Both the position numbers and the translations under genes were made by a program. A DNA stretch of 64,000 nucleotides from a virus, in the IMG/VR virus record IMGVR_UViG_3300005253_000063, positions 54,355 through 118,354 of that record, one strand, 5' to 3'. The notes beneath the pieces were generated by a model. It had not been told where the DNA came from. It was given only the letters and a program-made list of their open reading frames with translations, and did not search any database. Within the stretch, counting starts at the first letter, position 1, and the number at the start of each line of letters is the position of its first letter. This document shows, one piece after another, positions 38,853-48,900 of the stretch.

Positions 38853-40460
38853 TCAGAGCTGGATCCGAGTCGCTCCAGCGAGTCGATCGGCGAGGTCTTC
38901 GTTGTGAGAGATGACCACGACGGCGCGGGCACTGGCGAGTTCATCGAGTGCTTCGACGACCGCGCCGACACCTGCCGTATCGAGTGAGTCCAGAACTTCG
39001 TCAAAAAACAGCGTGCCCCGCTTCTGACCGTGGGCCGCGCCCGCGATCTCCGCGAGGGCGAACAGGAGCGCGACGTCGATCCGCCGACGCTCCCCACCCG
39101 ACGCGCCTTGGTATCCGTACCCGCCGCCGGCTCCTGTGACCTCAAGACTGATCGAGTCCCGAACGCCACCCGACTTCTTCTCACCGTAAGGCTTGAGCGA
39201 GAGTTGGAGTCCCGAGCCCGCGATGCGAGCCAGCCATCCGTTCGCGACCGCTTCGATTCCCGACAGCGCCTCGCCGAGCACGTGCGACCGGACGCCTTTC
39301 AGACCGAGGACACGCTCGCACGCCTCCAGCTCTGCGGCCTCCGCTGCGAAGGTAGCAGCGGTCACGGTCGCTGCGTTCAGCGCCTCCTCGGCTTCGGTCA
39401 GCGTGGTCTCCGCTTTCCTCAACCCGCGCTCCGCGCTCGCACGGTTCGCGCTCTTTGTCTTCGCGACCGCGAGCGACCTGGAGAGTTCCTCACGCCGACC
39501 GCGGGTCGTTTCAAGTTCGCCGCGCAGCTCGTCGAGGTTCTCGCGCATCGTGACGAGCTTGTCTTCGACTGCCGCTCGCGACTCTGTGGCGTTCTCACGT
39601 AGCACCGTGACCTTCCCGCGCACCGTCACGCGGTCTTGGTCGGTGACGGGACGCAGGCACGTCGGACACTCCGCCCCGAGCTTCGCAAACGCGCGCTCGT
39701 AGACCGATGCCTGCGCGTCTGCTTCGTCGCCAACGCGCTCGCACTCCGCGAGGTGTTTGTTGCAAGCCCTGATCTCTTCGGTGCACTTGATGCCCGCCTT
39801 GCGCAGACGCGCGATCTTCGATTCGAGTTCGGTAGCATTGACGACCTCCGCGACATCCGCGAGGGTCTCCCGTGCCTGCAGCACAGCTTGCTCGATCTGG
39901 TATCGACGCTCTTCGAGGACGGCAAGCTCCCGCTGCTTCGCGTCGGACCCCTTGGTCGCGGTACGAAAGTCGGTGCGGCAGTAGCCCAGCGCTTCGTCGA
40001 ACTGTTCGAGGCCGAGGATCGATTCGAGGAGACGCTTGCGTTCGCCGTCCGTCGCGAGCGTGAAGTGTGCGACGTCCTGCGACGAGAAGACCTGAGTCCG
40101 TTGCCAGACCTTGAACGCGCCAACGATCGGGTCGAGCGCCTCCTGCGCCTTGGTCATCGTGTCAAACTTCTCGTGGAATTCGCCGTCGGGCAACGAGAAC
40201 GCGAGCTGCGTCTTCCTGCCCTTACGTGTGCGCAACACCTCCACGATGTCCGTCGCGACGCTGACCTCGCCCGCCTCGTCACGCCATGGCAACGTACCGC
40301 GCAGCGTCTTACCCCAGAGGCAGGTGGCGACGGCCTCGATGAGAGACGACTTCCCTGAGCCGTTCGGACCGGTCACAAGGACAACGCCCGCAGACGGGAG
40401 CGTGAACGTCCGGTCGTCGTGGACCATGAAGTTCTTGAGTCGGATCTCTCTAACGTCCAA
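38853..40460 (-). CDS. sbcC: SbcC/Rad50-like ATPase (gp46-like)
   Basis: GPNGSGKS, zinc hook CPTC, SGGERRR, FFDE..DSLD, ISH. Confidence 0.92.
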   Translation of the reverse strand: MDVREIRLKNFMVHDDRTFTLPSAGVVLVTGPNGSGKSSLIEAVATCLWGKTLRGTLPWRDEAGEVSVATDIVEVLRTRKGRKTQLAFSLPDGEFHEKFDTMTKAQEALDPIVGAFKVWQRTQVFSSQDVAHFTLATDGERKRLLESILGLEQFDEALGYCRTDFRTATKGSDAKQRELAVLEERRYQIEQAVLQARETLADVAEVVNATELESKIARLRKAGIKCTEEIRACNKHLAECERVGDEADAQASVYERAFAKLGAECPTCLRPVTDQDRVTVRGKVTVLRENATESRAAVEDKLVTMRENLDELRGELETTRGRREELSRSLAVAKTKSANRASAERGLRKAETTLTEAEEALNAATVTAATFAAEAAELEACERVLGLKGVRSHVLGEALSGIEAVANGWLARIAGSGLQLSLKPYGEKKSGGVRDSISLEVTGAGGGYGYQGASGGERRRIDVALLFALAEIAGAAHGQKRGTLFFDEVLDSLDTAGVGAVVEALDELASARAVVVISHNEDLADRLAGATRIQL

Positions 40461-40480
40461 GGTATAACCTGTGCAATGTC

Positions 40481-41683
40481 CTATGTAACGCCAGAACCAT
40501 TTGAGGCGTGAACCGATCGTGTGGTCCTGACTCGAACTTCGCGGGTCGCAGAGGTCCCCTTACTTCGGAGCGCCTCTCGCCGCACGGCCCTACCGGCCGC
40601 TAGGATGTTGAGCGCCGCGTTCTCATCACGGTCCACCACAAGTCCGCACGGACAACGATGGACGCGAACGGCGAGGCTCTTGCGGACCTCATCGCCACAC
40701 GCGCTACAAGTTTGCGATGTCCCGGCAGGGTTCACTTCCACGACCACGCGCGCAGCTTCTTCCGCTTTCGTACGTAACCATCCGAGGAAACTTCCCCAAC
40801 CAACATCATAGACAGATTTCGACAGCCTCGATCGGGCGAGACCTTTGATGTTCAGAGCTTCGACACAGATCAGATCATTCGTAGCAACGAGTGCGCGAGC
40901 TACTTGGATATGGTGCTCGCGGCGCGTATTGCAAAGTTGACCGTGACGTCGCGCGAGTCGCTGCGCGGCCTTCCGACGGTTGCGACCACCCCGCCTTTTC
41001 TTTGATACCCGGCGCTGCGCTCGGCTTACCGCGTTCTCCGCTCGACGTAGAACACGCGGGTTCTCGAACACTTCGCCATCGCTCGTGACCGCAAACGACC
41101 TGAGTCCAAGATCAACACCAACCTCGTGACCAGCGGGTGCTAGCGGTTTCGTTGGAACGTCAACGCACTGAATCGAGGCATACCAGCGTCCGTTGTCGAG
41201 CGTGAGCCGCATCGTCTTTGGCGCACCTTCCATTGGGCGATGAATATCGATCTTGACTTTTCCGAGCATCGGAATAGCGAGCCGACGCCGATCAGTGTCG
41301 AGCGGATTACGTTTCCTAAGATCGTCGATGCTGATCGTGTTGAACCGATGCGCACCCTTGAAACGTGGGAAGCCAGGCTTTTCCCCAACCTTCACGCGAT
41401 TGAAGAAGGCACCAAAGGCACCGTTAAGACGCCGCAGCGCACCGCGCAATACTACGACAGGTACCCGACGAAACTCGGGACGCGCGTCTCGGACCTCCGC
41501 AAGCGCGCGCGATTGGTCGTACATCGAGACAGATACCCCACACTTCTTCCAGGCGTCTCGACGCTCCTGGAGCGCGGCATTGTAGAGTTCGCGCGTCATC
41601 GCAAGCCACGCCATGAGAGCGCGGGCCTGCCTCCGCGTCGGCTTGAGCCGGTAGCGGTACGATCGGTTCACGGCAGATATCAT
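40481..41683 (-). mobile_element. tnpB: solo TnpB RNA-guided endonuclease (IS200/IS605 family, no TnpA)
   Basis: YRYRLKPT HTH, GFPRFK, GVDLG, VEAL, TSQTCSACG, DRDENAALNI; RuvC D/E/D intact. Confidence 0.93.
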
Positions 41684-41692
41684 AGCGTAAAT

Positions 41693-42817
41693 TCAATCGG
41701 TATTCAAGTATAACCTACACCGTTGGAGTACACGGTCGCGCTCGACACCTTCATCGAGCGGCATCTCTCCGACGAAACCCGTGAGCGCGTCGAGCAGTGT
41801 CTCAGCACTGCGCGCAACGGTCGCCGCGGTTCGTGCCGCAGCTTCGGCCTCGCTCGTGTCGGGCAGCACCGTGAAGCCTGCGAACAACACGCCCTCGGGA
41901 TCGGCAGCGCGGAAGTGTCCGGCCTGATTGCCCACCTTGTCCGCCGGCACCTTCGCTCGCGCATAGATCCGACACCCCGCTTCTGCCGCATCACGATAGG
42001 TCTGAAGATTCCACGGCTGACCTGGTGGCGGGACGTCGATGAATCGCGGACCCGGAACCTCGACGTGCTTGGTCTCCAACGTGTCGGTGTCCCAGACGAC
42101 GATGCCGTGACCCGCCAAGCCAAGGTCACCGAACCCTGTCGGCGCGAGCGCTCCGCACTGAACGATGCGCGGCTTCGACCATTTCTTATGCCAGTGCCAG
42201 TTACCCGCGAACACCGCGTCGATCTCGAACCGCCGCATCAAGTCACGGAGCAACGAGAGAGGGATGCAATCGTTCGAGCCTTTCGCCCAATGCGGCATCG
42301 CGTCGTCTTCGTAAAGGCCGAGGTGAAGGACGAGCGCGCGACGAGAGGAGGCTGGTCTTCCCGTACGCACCCGACCCTTCACCTCGGCAACATCTTCTTC
42401 GATCCAGTCTTCCGCGGGCCCCGGTCGGAACGGTACCGCAAAGATGTCGACGTTGTGCTCGTCGTATCCGACTAGGGCTGGTCGGTCGATGACGCGGACC
42501 GCGCTCGCGGTCAAGGGACCGCACGCATTGTCGCCAACGTCGTAGGATTGTTGGTCGTGGTTCCCGACGATCACGTAGGACCGCATCTGCGAGAGAGCGT
42601 GTTGCACACGAACGATCATCTGCGGCGACGGCTTCGTCGAGTCGAACAGATCACCGGCCACGTAGAACGCCTCGCAGCCGAGACGTTTCGCGCGGTCCAC
42701 TGCGCGGTCGAGCGCATCGCATACGGCGCGGCAGCGCGCGTTCAGTCCGACTTCCATCGCGCCACCGAACTTGTGGAAATTTCCAATATGAACATCACTG
42801 CAAAAAGCGATGCGCAT
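41693..42817 (-). CDS. sbcD: SbcD/Mre11-like nuclease (gp47-like)
   Basis: SDVHIG, AGDLFD, GNHD, LH, GNWH. Confidence 0.9.
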   Translation of the reverse strand: MRIAFCSDVHIGNFHKFGGAMEVGLNARCRAVCDALDRAVDRAKRLGCEAFYVAGDLFDSTKPSPQMIVRVQHALSQMRSYVIVGNHDQQSYDVGDNACGPLTASAVRVIDRPALVGYDEHNVDIFAVPFRPGPAEDWIEEDVAEVKGRVRTGRPASSRRALVLHLGLYEDDAMPHWAKGSNDCIPLSLLRDLMRRFEIDAVFAGNWHWHKKWSKPRIVQCGALAPTGFGDLGLAGHGIVVWDTDTLETKHVEVPGPRFIDVPPPGQPWNLQTYRDAAEAGCRIYARAKVPADKVGNQAGHFRAADPEGVLFAGFTVLPDTSEAEAAARTAATVARSAETLLDALTGFVGEMPLDEGVERDRVLQRCRLYLNTD

Positions 42818-43070
42818 CAGGTGAGCCTCCAACCCTTCGGCAGCAGCCAGATGTAACGTTGCCACCAACCCGTCATCGGAACGATCGGGCCGATGACATT
42901 CCAGCTCCCATGCCGCCAGCGCCCATCGACGCCTGGCAGGGAGAAACCTCCAGTCGTCACTGACTCACAGGTGCGCTGAAGCCGAACGAACAACCACTGG
43001 ACCAACAAGAAGTTGAGCCAACCGAACCAGGTATGCGGTCCACGATCTCTCAACACTCGCAACAGCGCAC

Positions 43071-43595
43071 TCACGGGTCCACCGTCCGCGTTGTTGCGAG
43101 GTGCCGATCCCTGTCAGCGCGTATGTTGTCGCATGCTTGGCACTCGCCCCGACGATGGAGCCGCGGACGGTACCGTGGTGACCTAGCCGGCGGTTGGCCC
43201 GGCGGCGGTCGAGGGATCGGACTCACGTTGGACACGCCGCGTCCTGACAGCGTGTGCGCTTCGGGGAGCTGCCTACAGGAGACGCAGCGCGACCGACTCA
43301 TCCGGCGATAGGCGATCCAGTACCAGCCGGCGAGCCCGAACGCCTCCAGCATGCTCAGCGTGGGGATTACCCAGGTCACGACGGTGAACATCGCAGCGAT
43401 GATCGACGCAAGTATCCCGAACAGCCGTAGCAGAAACAGCGGCTTGCTGCGCGCGTTCAGCCAGCACTCATCGTACCAGCCGATCTCCGTCGCCTTCGTC
43501 TCCGGCTCCTTGCGGTGGCCATGGTCGACGTTGCGATCCCGACAGGTCTTGTCTTCGCAGACCGGATGCACCACGACGCCGTAGACGGTCCTCAT
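43071..43595 (-). CDS. membrane protein
   Basis: Two TM helices, Cys pairs. Confidence 0.5.
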   Translation of the reverse strand: MRTVYGVVVHPVCEDKTCRDRNVDHGHRKEPETKATEIGWYDECWLNARSKPLFLLRLFGILASIIAAMFTVVTWVIPTLSMLEAFGLAGWYWIAYRRMSRSRCVSCRQLPEAHTLSGRGVSNVSPIPRPPPGQPPARSPRYRPRLHRRGECQACDNIRADRDRHLATTRTVDP

Positions 43596-43621
43596 TGGTC
43601 ACCCCGCGTTGTAGTCATAGT

Positions 43622-43745
43622 GTGGAGCCGCCTATCGGTCTCGCACCGACATTCCGGGCTAGCTGTCCTGGTCGAGAGAGTCCCGGGTCCCTGGCGGATT
43701 CTACCGCCTTCGCCATCCCCATTGTCTGAGGTGCTGCGGCTCCAC
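43622..43745 (-). ncRNA. candidate tRNA-like structured RNA
   Basis: Intergenic; 10-bp closing stem, T-arm-like GUCGG-UGCGAGA-CCGAU, two internal stems. Confidence 0.4.
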
Positions 43746-44321
43746 GAACTCTTACAAGTCATCGATCACCCCGCGTCGTAGCCTCGAACATAGGTACCGC
43801 ACTCCCTGCAGTAGACATCGCCATCCCTACTAATCTGGCTGAAGTTCCGAACCTCGTGCGCCACGCCGGGCGGAGAGCCACACTTCGGACAGTGGACGTG
43901 GGGTCCGAAGCCTCTGATGTAGTCGTTGCACTCGTCGCACCAGTCCATGGACACCAGGCGGCGTCGCGCATCCTGCGCAAGTTCATCCTTCGGGTCGTTC
44001 ATCATTCTTCGGGCACTGATGCTTCCTCGCACCCTTACACTGATCGCAGACGAGTTGCCCGCATCCTTCGCACTTGTTTGCATAATCGCCGAACTTGAAG
44101 GTCTTGCCACAGTCACCGCAGACCGGGAGACGTTCTAGCTTCGGTTGATACTTGAGCGCGCCGCGCAGTTCTTCGCGCTCGCGATTCCGTTTCAGCTTTG
44201 GTCGATCGCGATTCCGTCTCACGTGTCGCCCTCGTCGAGCTTGTACGCCATAGCCATCCCTATCGCAGTAACCAATCCACGGCCAGGTCCTCAACACACG
44301 TTGTCGTTGAATCGTTCAGCG

Positions 44322-44723
44322 TTAGATAAGCGGAACAATAATCACCTCTTCAAATCCGTTGTGCTTTAGTTCTCGTGCGACCGGGTACGAGAGATCTCCA
44401 CAGCCCCTCCATCGCCCAGGGTCACTCCTCTTCTTCTTGACGACCCAACTGCCTTCGTGGACGGCGCCGTAGGGACCGTGGTCCAAAATAACCGTGGTCA
44501 CGGCTAGCCGCGTTCGTATGTTTATAACAACCACACGTGTTCCACACTTCAGTGTCCGATGGGCAATACCATGATCGTCCACCCGAACGCGCCGCATCGG
44601 CCGCAGGCACGGCGATTTGCCGCCGCGGTGCTTATCTGACACACCGCCAAAATTGCTCGCAATACAACGCTCCGGTTCGGTGCCACTAAGTACACTTAGG
44701 AACGCCAAAATCCAACTAAGCAT
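44322..44723 (-). CDS. RlpA-like double-psi beta-barrel protein (lytic transglycosylase-like)
   Basis: Signal peptide; ASNFG, IAHRTLKCGTRV, DHGPY, DLS. Confidence 0.75.
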   Translation of the reverse strand: MLSWILAFLSVLSGTEPERCIASNFGGVSDKHRGGKSPCLRPMRRVRVDDHGIAHRTLKCGTRVVVINIRTRLAVTTVILDHGPYGAVHEGSWVVKKKRSDPGRWRGCGDLSYPVARELKHNGFEEVIIVPLI

Positions 44724-45192
44724 CGACCTTGATCCCTGCCCGCCGACGACGCTGCGATTCACGTGCGATGCGTCGTCTGCATTCACGACACTCTCTTCGT
44801 CCAACCTTGTAAACAACGAGATTGTCGCCAGCGTAAGGATGTCCTTTGGGACAATGCGTTTTGGCCAACTGGCGCGCAGCAGTGAGTCGCGGACTATTTC
44901 CTCGTATCGTGTTTTCGCGCGGCGTCACGGGTTCGAGATGCCACGGACTCACGCAGTGTCGGGCGCACGACGCGTGGCGTGGTCCCTGATTCATTCGATA
45001 ATGATCGAGGTGGTGGTTCTCTGGGATCTGACCACGGTACAATTCGTACGCTACGCGTTGGGCGCGTCGATTCTGTCCATGCAACCAGAAGAGACTGTAA
45101 CCCTCGGCGTCAAATGTTCCGTTCCAAAACCAACATCCACTCGTCAGGTCTACAATAAACTTCGACTTGAAACGCTCGACCCAATCCATCAA
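44716..45192 (-). CDS. HNH homing endonuclease
   Basis: CWFWNG..GY, RVAYE, LDH..C..CV.PWHLEPVT..EN, THCPKGH..RECREC. Confidence 0.9.
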   Translation of the reverse strand: MMDWVERFKSKFIVDLTSGCWFWNGTFDAEGYSLFWLHGQNRRAQRVAYELYRGQIPENHHLDHYRMNQGPRHASCARHCVSPWHLEPVTPRENTIRGNSPRLTAARQLAKTHCPKGHPYAGDNLVVYKVGRRECRECRRRIARESQRRRRAGIKVDA

Positions 45193-45241
45193 ACACCCCT
45201 ATCGAATAGCGAGCCCTGCGACTTCGGCCCCAGTTCGGCGA

Positions 45242-45487
45242 TCATGCGACATCCTCGACAACCTGCGCGACCGTGAACAACCCGGTCCGCGTGTGCACAA
45301 GCACGACCATCGAGCCGAGCTTGAGACTGCGATGGGCGATGCCAACGTCGCGATCGTTGACAGGACGTTTCAAGTAGAGCGCGTCGCCGCCGGCCCACTT
45401 GTCGCCCGGCGTTCCGAAGAACGTTGAGTTGCAGGTCTCGGGCGGACCGAGAAAGAACGCGAAGAGAACAGCTATGAGATCCGACAT
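45242..45487 (-). pseudogene. truncated second RlpA-like copy
   Basis: STFFG..GDK..GG, GIAHRSLKLGS; stops before the D-x-GP motif. Confidence 0.65.
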
Positions 45488-45502
45488 GCACCGGAGACTA
45501 AC

Positions 45503-47551
45503 CTACTCGTCGTCATCCTCGTCTGCGAACCCCAAATCCGCTGCAAGGTCGCGGGCCTTCCCGCGATCCCATCCGATCTCCTTGAGGCGCGTTCGCGCAG
45601 CCTCGGCATCGCGCGACTTCTTCGCAACGAGCTTCCAGTCCTTCGCGAGGTTCAGCGTGGACCAGTCGTTGTCAAATCCCTCGTCGTACATCAGGCGAAG
45701 CCGCGCCTTACGGAACGGAGTCGCGAAGCGGTTCTTCTTGCCGAAGACCAGGAGGTCCTTGCCGACGTGCTCGTCCCTCTTCTTGACCGCCTTGCCACCC
45801 ATGAGCTGCAGCCGGATCGATGCGTGGAACTTGAGAGCGTTCCCGCCCGGCGTGGTCGTGTCGTCGCCGAACACGACGCCGCGCTTGTGTCGCGTCTGGT
45901 TGACGATGAGTAGAATCGCGCAGGCGCGTGCCGCCTTCTGCGTGAGGATGCGCAGCGACCGGGACATGAGCAGCGCGCGGTTGTCCTGCGCGGCTTTGTT
46001 CATGACGCCCTGGTCGATCTCCAACTTCGTAGGCGTCGCGGCGAGCGAGTCCCAGGCGATGAGGTACGGACCCTCCTTTGGCTTCACCGTGTCGAGGGTC
46101 AGCTCCAACTGCTGCAACGCCTGCTCCATGTAGTCGGGCTGGAACAACCCGAGCTGTTCGGGGTCGACGCCGAACGTCACCGCGCGTTCCTCGGTGAACC
46201 CGTTCTCGGTCTCCGAGAGGATCGTAGTCGCGCCCGCGCGCTGCGCCGCCGCAAGCATCGCGAGGCATAGGCTGGAGTTGTGCGTGACGATGAAGTCGTC
46301 GGTCACGTACAGGCCATCAGGACGCGCTACCCTGATACAGACACAACCTGTCTCGCGACTCTTCTCGACTTTAGCGATCGAGCGGTAGGCCGGTTGTTCT
46401 CGTTCGCGCCAGCGAGCGAGGTGCTTGCTTGATGAAACAGGTACGACACCGTTCCCGAACCGGATGAGCAGTATGTAGGCGGGGCGACCTTTCTTCTTGC
46501 GTCCCTTGTGTCGGTATGTTGGTATCTTCGTTCTCACACGAACGATCCCGCCGAGCGACCGCGCAACGAACGCTACATCATCCGCGAGCCGTTCGGAAGC
46601 GGTGCGGTATTCGAGGAGCGTGCCGCATTTGTTCACGTGACCGTCGGTGTCGGCGAGGCCCCTCAAGAGTTCGAGTCTGTCGTCAACACTAGCGAACTGA
46701 TACATACGGGGAATGAACTTTTCCCACGAGCGTGCGCCGCGGAGACCTAGCTCCGCGATGGCGTCCGATAAAGCAGTGGGCGTATGGTACTTCCATTCGC
46801 GTCGCACGATCCGTACACCACAACCGTCCAACAGGGGATGCGCACAGTCGCCATCCGGCAACAATGAAACCGCGCGACGTAATACATCGTCTTCGGGGTT
46901 ATGGAGATGAACTGAGCGTTTGGTCAACCCGCCGTCGCCAAGCAGAGTCCCTAGCAAATAGGGATGCACAGGCAATGAACCCAAACCCGAGAACTCGACC
47001 GGGGCTAGCTCCGGCAAGTGGTGCTTGTATGCTTGCCACTGCCCGTGGTTCTCGAATAGCCCACTGTCGATTATCTCACCAAGCGATCGTACGCGACCAC
47101 CCGTCCCTCGTGAAACGTCGTTCGAGCCCGAGGTAAGCCAGAGGTGTTCGAGACACGACTCGGTCGAAGTGCCGTCGGTCAACGTCACGCGATAGACATC
47201 CTTGCGACCTTGGGGGTAAACACCCGTGACCTTCGTGGATGCCCCATTCCGCCCAATTACCACGTCGCCAACATGGAGTGTCCCGATCGGCTTGAAGCCG
47301 GTTGGGGTCAAGACTTCCGCATCAACTGGCTGCGCTTTCCCAACTCCTTCCTCGGAGAACAACTCGACGACGCGGCCGACGGGGAGCCCGCCGCAGTTGC
47401 CAACGTAGTTATCGAACACCTCGATGCCCGTGGGGATCGATTGAACGACCTCGCCGCGGAAGCCGTCCGACAACCGAATCGCGCTCGACTTGCCGAACTC
47501 CTTCCGAACGGCGGTGAGGATCTTCCCCAACGCGTTCGCTTGTTTGCTCAT
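45503..47551 (-). CDS. recA: RecA/UvsX recombinase containing an intein
   Basis: IPTG, GGLPVGRVVE, GVGK|intein|SS, WDSLAA, NQTR, TPGGNALKFHASIR, KNR. Confidence 0.95.
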   Translation of the reverse strand: MSKQANALGKILTAVRKEFGKSSAIRLSDGFRGEVVQSIPTGIEVFDNYVGNCGGLPVGRVVELFSEEGVGKAQPVDAEVLTPTGFKPIGTLHVGDVVIGRNGASTKVTGVYPQGRKDVYRVTLTDGTSTESCLEHLWLTSGSNDVSRGTGGRVRSLGEIIDSGLFENHGQWQAYKHHLPELAPVEFSGLGSLPVHPYLLGTLLGDGGLTKRSVHLHNPEDDVLRRAVSLLPDGDCAHPLLDGCGVRIVRREWKYHTPTALSDAIAELGLRGARSWEKFIPRMYQFASVDDRLELLRGLADTDGHVNKCGTLLEYRTASERLADDVAFVARSLGGIVRVRTKIPTYRHKGRKKKGRPAYILLIRFGNGVVPVSSSKHLARWREREQPAYRSIAKVEKSRETGCVCIRVARPDGLYVTDDFIVTHNSSLCLAMLAAAQRAGATTILSETENGFTEERAVTFGVDPEQLGLFQPDYMEQALQQLELTLDTVKPKEGPYLIAWDSLAATPTKLEIDQGVMNKAAQDNRALLMSRSLRILTQKAARACAILLIVNQTRHKRGVVFGDDTTTPGGNALKFHASIRLQLMGGKAVKKRDEHVGKDLLVFGKKNRFATPFRKARLRLMYDEGFDNDWSTLNLAKDWKLVAKKSRDAEAARTRLKEIGWDRGKARDLAADLGFADEDDDE
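46277..47335 (-). mobile_element. Ala-starting intein with LAGLIDADG endonuclease in the RecA P-loop
   Basis: AQPVD start, EHLW, LGTLLGDG, LLRGLADTDG, CIRV, THN|S. Confidence 0.9.
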
Positions 47552-47568
47552 ACCGCTCCCTGGTGAAC

Positions 47569-47614
47569 CGAGCGGCGGTCGGTCAACACCAACTCAAGAA
47601 ACGACCGCCGCTCG
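47569..47614. repeat. 13-bp stem hairpin between ssb and recA
   Basis: CGAGCGGCGGTCG-20nt-CGACCGCCGCTCG. Confidence 0.7.
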
Positions 47615-47620
47615 ATCTCG

Positions 47621-48385
47621 CTACCACTTGATATTGTCTTCGCCCTCGGCGGGCTCGGACTCAACGTCGATGAAGTCGTCGCTGGTCGCACCCTCGGGTT
47701 CCGGTGCTGAGGACGACTCTTCCGAAGCGGGCGCGCCGATCATCTCGCGGATCTCCGCGTCGGTGTGCTGCTTGGAATATCGGTCGAGGTCGTGCTGCTG
47801 CTCGACCCACTCCAGGTTCCCGAGCGGAGAGGACTTGCGCGCGGGGATGACTGTGTACTTCGTGTCGTTCTTGCTCGTGCCCACGCGATCGATCACGATA
47901 TCGAACCCCTCGTCCGGGTGCGTATAGTTGCCGCCGATGTCTTCGTTCTTGCGAATCTTGACGAGCGGCTCGTGGATCGTCTTGCCCATCTCCAAGATGA
48001 TGGGACCCTTCTCCTGGTTGCTTCGGTCGATGACGTTGGCGTAGACGCGGCGCTTCGGGAACAGCTCGTAGCCGCGTTCCTTGTCCGCCGAGTTGCCGCT
48101 GCGGTACAGCTCGTTCGCCTTCGCGCAAACGATGCAGTGGCCCGACGGCTTGAGGTAGCGCGGGCACGCGAACTTCACCGGCGATGGCATACCAGGCAGC
48201 TTGAGGAAGTGCTGCTGCACAATCTTGAACGGGCTCGTCTTTCCGACGGGCGGTGGCAGGAAGCGTACGACGTTGCGTCCGACCGAGAGCTTCAGGTAGT
48301 CGACGCTACTGCTCTCGTCGATCTGCTTCTGCTCTTCCTCGGCCGACTCGACCGTGTACTCCCCGTACTTTTGTAGGTTGCTCAT
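47621..48385 (-). CDS. single-stranded DNA-binding protein (T4 gp32-like)
   Basis: VRFLPP, C..C..C, YANV, G.DI.I, TKY, acidic C-terminal tail. Confidence 0.8.
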   Translation of the reverse strand: MSNLQKYGEYTVESAEEEQKQIDESSSVDYLKLSVGRNVVRFLPPPVGKTSPFKIVQQHFLKLPGMPSPVKFACPRYLKPSGHCIVCAKANELYRSGNSADKERGYELFPKRRVYANVIDRSNQEKGPIILEMGKTIHEPLVKIRKNEDIGGNYTHPDEGFDIVIDRVGTSKNDTKYTVIPARKSSPLGNLEWVEQQHDLDRYSKQHTDAEIREMIGAPASEESSSAPEPEGATSDDFIDVESEPAEGEDNIKW

Positions 48386-48423
48386 TGTGTTTCTCCTTGC
48401 TGTGTAACTGCGTTTCTTCGTTC

Positions 48424-48900
48424 CTACTCCTGAGTGCGGCCAGCCCGATAGTCGCTGTGCTGTTCGCGCACGGCGGGGTCGCCGCTCATCTCAGCGCGCA
48501 ACTTCGCGCCGAGCGATTGAAGCATATCCTTCTTCGTGATCATAGCTTCGCAGACACCGCGCAGCCGAACCCTCTCAGCCTCGGCTGTCACGAGTTTCGT
48601 CCGCGCTTCGTAGTAGCGATCGTCGCTCTCGACCGACGCCTTGATCATGGCCTCGGTCGGCTTCCGTTCCAACGTCAGCAGGATCTCCCTGTGCTCCAGG
48701 TAGAGCTGCGCTCCCATCCTGTCACAGTCGAGCTTCTCGATCAGGAAGCTCCGATTCGCTTCGGCGAATCGCGCGTTCCAATACGCCAGCTCCGCAGGTG
48801 TGCGCTTGAACGCGTCATCGAGTAGCAGCTCGTCGATGGTGATGCACTGCATCAGGTACTCATCGATAGAGACGTCGTTCGGGAAGAGGGGTTCGCTCAT
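48424..48900 (-). CDS. UvsY-like recombination mediator
   Basis: Helical; KPTEAMIKASVESDD.Y, KKDMLQSLG; adjacent to SSB and RecA. Confidence 0.65.
   Translation of the reverse strand: MSEPLFPNDVSIDEYLMQCITIDELLLDDAFKRTPAELAYWNARFAEANRSFLIEKLDCDRMGAQLYLEHREILLTLERKPTEAMIKASVESDDRYYEARTKLVTAEAERVRLRGVCEAMITKKDMLQSLGAKLRAEMSGDPAVREQHSDYRAGRTQE

Noticed and set aside
40481-41683. TnpB as a Cas12 effector or IStron
   Set aside because: No CRISPR array seen in the window, and only about 10 bp between the sbcD stop and tnpB start, leaving no room for a group I intron core.
42347-42355. Another GGAGGCTGG copy
   Set aside because: Antisense within sbcD, with no hairpin or start codon; treated as chance.
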